Of a stretch of DNA of 64,000 nucleotides, positions 1 to 9,200 are shown piece by piece. The notes under the pieces were generated by a model. It was not told the DNA's origin and made no database searches. It saw only the letters and a program-made list of their open reading frames with translations. The position numbers and the translations under genes were made by a program. The stretch's first letter is position 1, and each line of letters opens with the position of its first letter. Source of the DNA: Balanoglossus misakiensis (Eukaryota; Animalia; Hemichordata); contig CM082584.2 of the NCBI GenBank assembly GCA_040954595.2, forward strand, positions 4,096,110-4,160,109. Direction: 5' to 3'.

Positions 1-569
1 TTGGAGCTGGTTTTTTCAAACTCTTTTTCATCTGCATATTAAAGATTTTGCCAAGTTTCCGCCAACCCATGAGTGTGTCGCATTCTGTTCCTTCCCATTA
101 GCCCACTAGTTTTCAAATATTTATACTGTTCGAGTGTTTCAGGTGTATTTGTATGCAATACGTGTTTTCCTGTACAATTATTATATAAGTAGAGTTCCAC
201 AGAGGCAGCCACTAATTACTGAAAACTGGATCGAGGTTGCTCTGCACCTTTGAGTGATGATGAACTTTCAATGACCTTACAACTGTGCGACGCGACGACA
301 TGCAAGTCCTTTACTCGTATACGCCACGTCCACCCTGCTTCGATTACCACCCCAACGATAGAAACCCCTTTTGCTTTTGCTTTGCATTTCATTTTATAAC
401 GTTGTGCTATTGCTAAACGCGATTTCATTGATGTTGCATTTTTAAATCTATTGCTAACTTTATCCATTTTCAGATTTTTTTTTTGGATTTTTCTTTTTTT
501 TGGGGGGGGGGGGGGGCATTGAGGGCGGTTCCCTGCACAATTCCTTCTTTGCACAGAAACGTTCACACA

Positions 570-794
570 TGCACAGTGCGATGAAGCATTTAGGGACTAT
601 GGACTCTGCCCATATGTAGGACACGTCCTGCACGCGTGTGACCGACAGATCGCATGATCCGCTAAATGAAGACTTTGAACCTTCTTGCTACACAAGATGT
701 GTTACGTATACGCATGCGCTGATTTTCTTAGCGAATGCTTCGGAAGGATCTACCAGATCACCGTGACGCGTTCATTTGCTGACATAAGGTAAGG
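570..794 (+). promoter_or_regulatory. Putative promoter and non-coding first exon of TRIM-DTC copy 1 (donor AAG|GTAAGG at 789)
   Basis: Diverged homologue of the block upstream of copies 2-4 (gaagcatttagggactatggac...cacgtcctgcacgcgtgtgacc...cgcatgcgctga...aag|gtaagg). A matching acceptor tcatcag ends at 6254, just before ATG 6284. Confidence 0.6.
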
Positions 795-1611
795 TTTACG
801 AAGATTTGGATGCGTTGTTTATTTTAGATAATTTCATAAAGATAATCACGATATCTTTGTGGTGTGCGTAGAACACAGAAAATTCCGAGTTGCTCTGAGT
901 GAAAGAGCCCTCCCCCCCCGCCCAATATGTTTCGACCAAAGTGCTGTATCAAAGTTTAAAATAAATAAAAAATTGCTTCCTGGTTCAGTAAACTTCTGTG
1001 GGTAAATTTCTGTTCAATGCCCAATAGCAGCAATGCATATGCTTGGTTTATTTTTCCATCAAATTTTAGCCCTGCTTTCTTGACAATGGATTTCCAAAGC
1101 AATAGCAGGCCAATTTCTTTTTCAGAGACGATTCAAGCCTGAAGTGTCCTCATTATGACCTTTCATGTGACTAAAATTGGTGAATTTAAGATGATGTGAT
1201 TTTTGCCAAATTTTACTTTTTTACATAAATTGGTAGGTCTAATAACGGATCCACATTCTGACAAATGCGTCTTGGCGAAAATGGTGCATAATCACCCAAA
1301 AATAGCACTTTTCTGAATGAGTCCTCAGCTTAAGATATAGGTGTCAACAATGCCGATTTTCTCAGTTTGCATTTTCGCTGCATTTGACAACTTCAGAAGA
1401 ATTTAGCTTTGCTCTGCGTTGGCCGAATTTGCTCACATTTTAACAGGGGATTGTGTATGACCCATCTAACAAAACCAAATAATTTTTAGTCGATAAAGAG
1501 TCCCTGGTGGGAATAAACTCTGATTCAATACAACTCACCGTAAATTTGATCAAATTTTCTAAATAGGAATATGCCTACAGAGAAGTTGTTTGCTCCTATA
1601 TAACTGTGAAT

Positions 1612-4261
1612 TTACTTTATATTCGTTTCTTCAGACTGACTACTCAATCCATACAGCCTCGTTCTGGTACAGCTGTTATAAGCTACCGTTGAGGGCGCTT
1701 TATGGATGAGTTGATCAAAGATGTTAGGTAACTTGTAAGCCCCCTCATCCTTGTTAAGAATGTTTTTTCCCCTCCTTCTGATCCAAATGGCCTCCTTAAT
1801 CCATCTGGTGGTTCTATCTGACTCCCTATCCACGATACTGGCATCCTCCCAGGCAATGTTATGATTAGTGGCTGCAACATGGTCTGTAATGGCCGACTTA
1901 TGGAGATCAGTGGATGAAGCTTTCCGTGTTGAACGAGTGTATGGTTTTGATTCAAATTTGTGGACTTCCTTTTGATGTTCTTCGAGGCGTATACCAAATG
2001 AACGGCCTGTTTCACCAACATATGATTTTGGACAATCTGCACATGGTACTTCATAAACTACCTCTGCTTTCTGGTTGGTAAGAAGTTTGTCCTTCGGGTG
2101 AATGAGGATGTTACGTAAGGTTTTATGTGGTTTCATAGCAGTTGAAAACCCATACTTTTTAAATACTCTGGCAATTTTCTCCGAGAGGCCCTCGACATAC
2201 GGAATTACAACTAGTCCTCTAGATTTTTGCCTTCCTTGGAAGTGCGCTTGGGTTTTGGGTTGGATTTGTCCTTTTTTACCTTGTTTATTGTCCAATTGGG
2301 ATAGCCACAGGTGGACAATGCCTTCCGGATATGTTCTTCTTCGATGTCTCTATCCATTTGCTCTGTGACTATGGATTCCTTCCTATCTAGGACAATGCCT
2401 TCCGGATATGTTCTTCTTCGATGTCTCTATCCATTTGCTCTGTGACTATGGATTCCTTCCTATCTAGAAGGGTCCTGATGACACCCAATTTTTGATGAAG
2501 GGGGTGATGTGAGGTGAACTGGAGATATTGATCAGTGTGGGTTTTCTTTCTGTAGATGCAAAGTTTTACTGTACCATCTGGTTTTCTTATGATCAGGGTA
2601 TCCAAGAATGGAATAGAACTATCTTTCTCTTGTTCGTAGGTGAATTTGATGCTGTTGGTTGGATCAATTTGGTTGAGGTGTTCTGTCAAGTTGTCTACTT
2701 CCCCTCTTTGAATGACTTCTAGAACATCATCAACATATCTTCGCCAAAGGCGAGGGCGACATGTGATTGGCGATGTGGAAATAGCCTTCTGTTCTAGCCA
2801 CTCCATGAATATATTGCAACACAGTGGACTGAGGGAGCTACCCATAGCCATGCCAAAACACTGGCGGTAGATAGAACCGGAGTAGCTGAAATAGGCAACT
2901 GTAGATAAACTGAACTTGGTCAGTTCAATGATGTCATCTGTAGACAAGAGTGTTCTATTTTTGAGGTCACCATCCTGAAGTAAACCTTCACGTAGGATTT
3001 TTAATGTGAGGTCAATGGGTGTGTTGGTGAATAAAGCTACCACATCATGTGAGTTTAGGATCTCATCTTCCTCTATAGTAAGGTCTTTCAGGTCCTTAGC
3101 AAGATGTTTCGAATTTAGGACATGGTGTTCAGTTTTACCAACCAAAGGGGTGAGTATGTCTGCTAGTGATTTGGCAACATTGTAGCCGATGGAACCTGTG
3201 AAGTCTACTATGGGACGTAGGGGAGTCCCAACTTTGTGTATTTTGGGGCTGCCATAAATGCGAGGAACATATTCAGTTGTGGGATACAGAAATTGTTTAT
3301 CTTCCTTCTTGATTTTACCCTCTTTCTCCAGCCTTTGTAAGATCGCAACTAGTTCTTTCTTGTGCTTAGGGGTTGGATCCTTGTGGAGTTTTTCATAGGT
3401 TTTTGTATCACTGAGTAATGCTTGCATTTTGATGTCATAATCCGTCTTATCTATAACCACCGTGGCTCTGCCCTTGTCAGGACCCAGAATCATGATGGAG
3501 TCTTCTTGCCTTTCATCTTTGCTGATGTTCGATGGCGGTGGTTTGGATGATTTGATCGTTCCAACAATCTCCGCACGGAGTTGTTCAGCTTCCGATTTTT
3601 CCAATTTCCAGCAAGCTTTCTCACAGGCTACGATGTGATCGTCGACTATAGATGGTTGGCATATCTTATCAGGGCTTACGGCATAGTTCAAACCACGTGA
3701 CAATAGTTTGGCTTGAGACTTTGAAAGACTGTATTTTGACAGATTTTTTACCCAACGTTTCAGTTGAGTACCACTCAGATCTGGATCTGTAGTTGAATTC
3801 GCCAAATTTTCACACTTAGTGGCAGACCTCTGCGACTTAGCTTGAAGTTGTTGTAACTTCCGGGTTTGACGACTACGGACATGGATGAACTCGTTCTCTT
3901 TGGAACATTCAGCATGGTGAGACATTTTTTGTAGGAGGTCCTTGTTGGTGACGTAGGAGTTTAGATTACCATTGATCCGTGAATTTTTCTTCTCCAAAGT
4001 TTGAATTCTGTTCGTAGCCACCCTAATTCTTTCCCTTAAGAGGGCCTTTTCCGCTTTGTGGACTATGGACCGTGCTGACTTGGTGTTTATTGGACATTTG
4101 AGACGCAGGCTTGATGGTGTAAGGCCGCAGTCCTTGCAACGAAGGGTAAACACACGATGACCCCTGAACCTAGATATTTTACGTCCGGTGTTTTCAAGAG
4201 AACGGAGGTCTCTCACTGCTTTTTGTCCATAATTCTCTCTTAACTCTTTGAATAAGTTCAT
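1612..4261 (-). pseudogene. Penelope RT-GIY-YIG polyprotein, frameshifted by a 77-bp tandem duplication
   Basis: RT motifs DKGRATVV, IYGSPKIHK..PLRPIV, SHDVVALFT, GMAMGSSLSP, RYVDD, IPFLD, YRKKTHTDQYL in ORF 2387-4261. GIY-YIG motif VVYEVPCADCPKSYVGETGR..RLEEH in ORF 1612-2295. The duplication 2313-2389 / 2390-2466 creates the stop that splits them. Confidence 0.92.
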
Positions 4262-4335
4262 CTGGATTGTAAATTAAGTAAGTAAGGTAGTTCTTTTTGT
4301 CAAATCCAATTGAGATAGTGAAAGATATAACTCAC
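4262..4335 (-). other. Retained 74-nt spliceosomal intron in the PLE 5' leader
   Basis: On the - strand: GTGAGT donor, CTTAAT branch-like motif, and CCAG acceptor immediately before the ATG at 4261. Intron retention in the 5' leader is known for Penelope elements. Confidence 0.6.
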
Positions 4336-4832
4336 AAAGTTAGTTACATAAAACCTTACATAACATCCTCATTCACCCGAAGGACAAACTTCTTACCAAC
4401 CAGAAAGCAGAGGTAGTTTATGAAGTACCATGTGCAGATTGTCCAAAATCATATGTTGGTGAAACAGGCCGTTCATTTGGTATACGCCTCGAAGAACATC
4501 AAAAGGAAGTCCACAAATTTGAATCAAAACCATACACTCGTTCAACACGGAAAGCTTCATCCACTGATCTCCATAAGTCGGCCATTACAGACCATGTTGC
4601 AGCCACTAATCATAACATTGCCTGGGAGGATGCCAGTATCGTGGATAGGGAGTCAGATAGAACCACCAGATGGATTAAGGAGGCCATTTGGATCAGAAGG
4701 AGGGGAAAAAACATTCTTAACAAGGATGAGGGGGCTTACAAGTTACATAACATCTTTGATCAACTCATCCATAAAGCGCCCTCAACGGTAGCTTATAACA
4801 GCTGTACCAGAACGAGGCTGTATGGATTGAGT

Positions 4833-4879
4833 AGTCAGTCTGAAGAAGCTGCTAGGTTAGCAGTGAAACGTAACTAACT
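4833..4879 (+). ncRNA. Minimal type I hammerhead ribozyme in the PLE pseudo-LTR
   Basis: Stem I AGTCAGT/ACTAACT (one mismatch), core CTGAAGAA (4840-4847), stem II GCTGCTA-ggt-TAGCAGT, GAAAC, palindromic ACGT stem III, and a GTA cleavage triplet at 4870-4872. Minimal hammerheads are established features of Penelope-like elements. Confidence 0.75.
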
Positions 4880-5568
4880 TTGTGAGTTATATCTTTCACT
4901 ATCTCAATTGGATTTGACAAAAAGAACTACCTTACTTACTTTATATTCGATTGAAGAAAGTAGGTAGACTTGTTGCCTCTCAAGAGGGCGCTGTCAATGA
5001 CCTTTGGCTTTTCAGAGACACTGTCTTGAGAGGCAAGGTAGACTCGCATCGCAAATCTGAAACTCAGTGAATCAATTAATAGGTCATTTATAATTTATAT
5101 CCAATCTAATGTTTACCCTATAGGATTGATACCATTCTAACTTTTAAATGGTATTACTATAAAGTATATTGAAATAATTGTGTACATTTATGTCAGATAA
5201 ACTATTTTGTCGCCAATGACGCTCCTAGAAAATTAACGTCGGGACAGAGTGAAAAAATATAAACCCAAGTCAATGCGTGGTCGGTTATTTACGAATGATT
5301 TGTGTGTTGTTTTGTAAGTCCCTTGCTCGTTACATTTTAAGTAAAAGAAAATACAGATATCGCAATCAACTTAGAGATTGTCCAATACATGTAGCTAACC
5401 CAATTTGAGCTATCCGCTACTTATGGTCAAGAAGATTAAATTGGCATGCAAAATATTTTTCACTTGAAGACACTCCAAATCTTGAAACATCAAATGTAGT
5501 CGGCATTATCAAATTTTGCATAATCAAACTGGTAAGCATATAAGTATCAATGAGAGTTTGACTCGATG

Positions 5569-5672
5569 CAATCTGATTAAAATCAGATGTAGGGAACGGC
5601 GACTTGTTTTTTGTGAGGCGACAGCATAAAAAACCACGTCGCCGTTCCCTACATCTGATTTTAATCAGATTG
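5569..5672. mobile_element. Palindromic MITE with 9-bp TSD GACTCGATG; related ends at ~36212-36247 and ~39041-39213
   Basis: TIR CAATCTGATTAAAATCAGATGTAGGGAACGGCGAC and its reverse complement. TSD at 5560-5568 and 5673-5681. Confidence 0.85.
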
Positions 5673-6283
5673 GACTCGATGGAAATATAGAATAATTGAT
5701 TAATACATTAATAAACATTTTCTAAGATATTGTTTTTGTTTGGGAAAAAGCAAAAATAAAGCCAATAACAAGAAACATGATGATTTTCGACATTATATTG
5801 TCGGATTTACAAAGTTATATGATAATGACCAGGCATATTTTCGAATTACGCGAAACAGGCCCTATATCGTAATATCATGCAATGTGATGTAATGTTATGA
5901 ACTCATAGGCCTAAACAATTTAAACGTATAAATCATAAATGATTTGTTTTTGTTTATCATTTTCAGTCCTGCCATTAGACATGAAAAGTGATGTCACGGT
6001 GACTCATAAATTTTGCGGCAAATCGACATGAGAGATGAGATCAGTTAATGTACATGATGTATGCTACTAAATTACTATAGTTTGGAATGTTTTATTTCAT
6101 AAAATTTACACAGACGGGTCTTAAAAAGCCAGAGTCTCAGAAAAGGCAGATGAGTCACTAATTCTTGACACACTTCAGGACGAAAGCGCTGTCTTTATCT
6201 TTTATCAATGTGTCTATTAACGGTATCCAATATTCATCTTTAATTTGTCATCAGATCAACATACCAAGAGTATATCTAACAAA

Positions 6284-9200
6284 ATGGCCGAAGCAATGCC
6301 TAGTGGGAGTTTCCTCCAACAGCGCATAGATGAGAAAATCCTCTTCTGTCCGATCTGCCAAGAACGGATGGTGAAACCCAAAAGTCTACCCTGCATACAC
6401 ACCTTCTGTGAGAAGTGCCTCCAACAATGGGTGCAACAGAAAGGAGGCAGACTTGAATGTCCGACGTGTCGACGTACGTGTCCACTCCCGCAGGCAGGGG
6501 TCAAAGGTCTCACTAACAATTTTTTCATCAATGACCTGATTGAACTATTTGACGAGTTGCAGGGCAACCCCGGCGAGACCGTATGCGATTTGTGTGCCAG
6601 AAAAGCGAGCTGTTGGTGTCAAGAATGCGCCCAGTTCTTTTGTGATGGATGTCGGCGTACTCATTTGAAAGCAAGGGTGTCAAGAAACCACAGATTCATG
6701 TCTATGGAAGAATACAACGCTGTGGCTGAGTCTGGTCGTGATCACCTGATTCGTCCCCGATTCTGCACAGTTCATCAAGACAGTCAGCTCAAGTTATTCT
6801 GCCAACACTGTCAGGTGAATGCGTGCATTGAATGTGCAGTGACCGTTCACAAGGGCCGGGTGCACAATCTGGTGTCGTTAGAAGATGCATTGGAAGAGTT
6901 CGACCCAGAGTTGCAAGACAAAGAAAATGCAGTGTCAAATAGGGTATTTTCACTCCGAGAAAAACAACAAGAGGCAACCAAAGATATAGAAGATATTGAC
7001 AAAAACGGAAGTCAGGTTGTGCGTCAAATCAGACATAAAATAGCAGAAATGAGAAATCTATTGCAGAAAGAGGAAGACAGGTTGGTGGAAAAGGCGTTGG
7101 CAATGAGTGGACAGATGAAGAAAAACAGGCAATCAGAACTGGACCAGATAGAATTCGATCTAGCCTCTGCAGAAAATTTGTATGTCTACACACGAAATCT
7201 GCGGACACACGGCAATGCAGCTGATATACTTTCCCAGAAGAAAGAACTGATGCAGAGATTGAATGAAATCATAAATGATCGTTCAGCAGACCGATACGTC
7301 CCCCCACAAAACAGCCATCTTGTTTTTCAAGAGAACAGCCAGTGCATGCAACTTTCTCTTGGAGAAGTAATCAACCAATCAGAAGTGACACATGCTGCAC
7401 GTGTCAGCCAATCAGTTGATCGACAGATAGTACAACAGCAACCTGAGGCAACGACCGAGAAATCTGTGATTAAAAGAGAAATGACCGACCAATCCGGGGT
7501 GTCAAGTATGTCACGTGTCAGCCAACCAACTGTCGAGAGGAAACAACAAAGACCTAAGACTCTGGCCCAGAAAACTTCTGCTCCTGGAGTTGTTACTGGT
7601 AATACATGTATGCCAATGGGAACTATGGACGTTAAATTTGTTGGATGGATTTATATTACATATACGTTTGCAGATGGAATACAAGGAGTAAGTAGTACAA
7701 TGAAAACGGTTTGAGCTGCACAGAAGGAATGTACTGACTATCGATTTGTTTATCAACATAGTCAAAAGAAAACACGCTTTTCGCATTCAAGGTTAGACTT
7801 GCTCCAATGCAAGTCTATAGGCTTAAATTTCAGCAAAATTTGTTCCGATTTAATATAGCGTGTGTGGAGTGAACGCATTAAGTTGTGGCATCGCGATAGT
7901 GATGAACAGTAACCGAAACTCAGTAACAAAATTCAACCAAGGCAAACAAATGTATGAAGGGTAATGAGTAAAATTAAGAAACGAGGAACACCTGAATTAG
8001 TCAAGCGAATAGTGGGCTAGTCTAATCCAAGGTGAAGATGAAAAGCCACGACTAGACCACAATGCATGCTTTAGTGATAAGAATGTATCACCCTAAACAA
8101 TCTGTTATGAACTGTAACAATGAAAAAAAATCACTGGTCTGTACATTTATTCTGTGCATCTCAAACACCCTTTTTACCGTTGTTGTATATGTTTGAAGTA
8201 ATGGTTTGGCTAAATGCGTTACATACCTTTGCAGTCCCGGCTTCTCTGTTTAAGTAAATTTTGAACTGTTCCTGTCTTGTCAATATCAATGTCAATATGG
8301 GGTATGATATAGAGGGTTGAAATGTGGTCATGTTTAGTCTTGCTGTTTCATTCACACACACACGAACACTTATCGGCTATTATATCGACTTAGTTAACTT
8401 CTTCGCAAATAACATTATTAATATTCTTTTGTCAAACTTGGTATGCTAACAACAGAGATTCATGTATCAATACAAATTATTCACGCTACATGAATAAGTG
8501 TATCGGAAATGTTTCCTTAATGTCATCATAAACCTGAAAGTTTTGACAGAAAAAGACAGCCAGCCCATCTTGACTTGATGGCCGAAATCGCACAGAAAAC
8601 GCTACAATCCATGTGTAGCTACACTTCATTGTTAGTGATGTTTTCGACTGTCACATTTTGATGATCAAAATGAAAGGAAACAGTCACCTCCCAAAATTGC
8701 ACCTTCATGATTTCACCTTTTGTGGAAGGAATCAGATCATAATTGATATGAATATTTATTCTCCGCACAATCCAATATTTATTCTTAAAAGTTCAGTTAT
8801 ACACGCATCAAACACGAATGATAACGCAACGATTGGTGGGGAACTAACCAAAGCCACACGTCTTTCTCAATTTTCAAAAGTTGAAATGTTGACGAGCGCA
8901 TGTTGTTTGTTTGAGAGAGAAAAATCTGCCGAAGCACCCTCAACGGCTGTACGTAAGTGTGTGTCTGCCAAGAGAGTAACAAACTCCGCGATCTAGGAAA
9001 CATGGGTTTATATCTTTCAAATTATTCCCTCAGTAAATTTTCTGCCAGATTCCAGTGTGGTAAACAATTATTTATATTTATTACACCTGATACGACATAA
9101 ATCAGGACAACGTCATACAATGCTTCACAAGACTTGAATTATTATTTTAAAATTATTATTTTGTTTATTTTATCAACTCAAAAATAACTAAATACATATA

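Larger units (their letters stand above)
1626..4941 (-). mobile_element. Penelope-like retroelement (PLE) with inverted pseudo-LTR, inserted in intron 1 of TRIM-DTC copy 1
   Basis: RT and GIY-YIG ORF on the - strand. 4347-4941 is an inverted copy of the 3' end plus the 5' leader. The element is flanked by the direct repeat TTACTTTATATTCG (1612-1625 and 4936-4949, partly overlapping the element end). Confidence 0.93.

Noticed and set aside
216-566. 116-aa - strand ORF
   Set aside because: Non-ATG start, built from homopolymer runs, no domain similarity.
2387-4261. RT acting as a diversity-generating retroelement for the variable DTC loops
   Set aside because: The RT is a typical Penelope enzyme with GIY-YIG and TSD and is frameshifted. 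There is no template repeat or adenine-specific pattern, and the loop variation includes indels.
4420-4877. Separate + strand genes at 4420-4791 and 4641-4877
   Set aside because: They are frames of the inverted copy of the Penelope 3' end.
6245-6283. ORF-track start at 6245 (TTG)
   Set aside because: It lies across the splice acceptor at 6254; the first ATG in good context is at 6284.
7688-7714. C-terminal VSSTMKT(V/I/F)* of the four long ORFs as real protein ends
   Set aside because: This is read-through past a consensus GTAAGT donor in the middle of the DTC; downstream exons complete the domain in frame.
8161-9003. Small ORFs recurring in each unit (e.g. MMIKMKGNSH.., MGNKLPIKTN.., MLHKTCYACA..)
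   Set aside because: They recur only because the DNA is recently duplicated. They vary by frameshifts and stops between copies and have no recognisable motifs.
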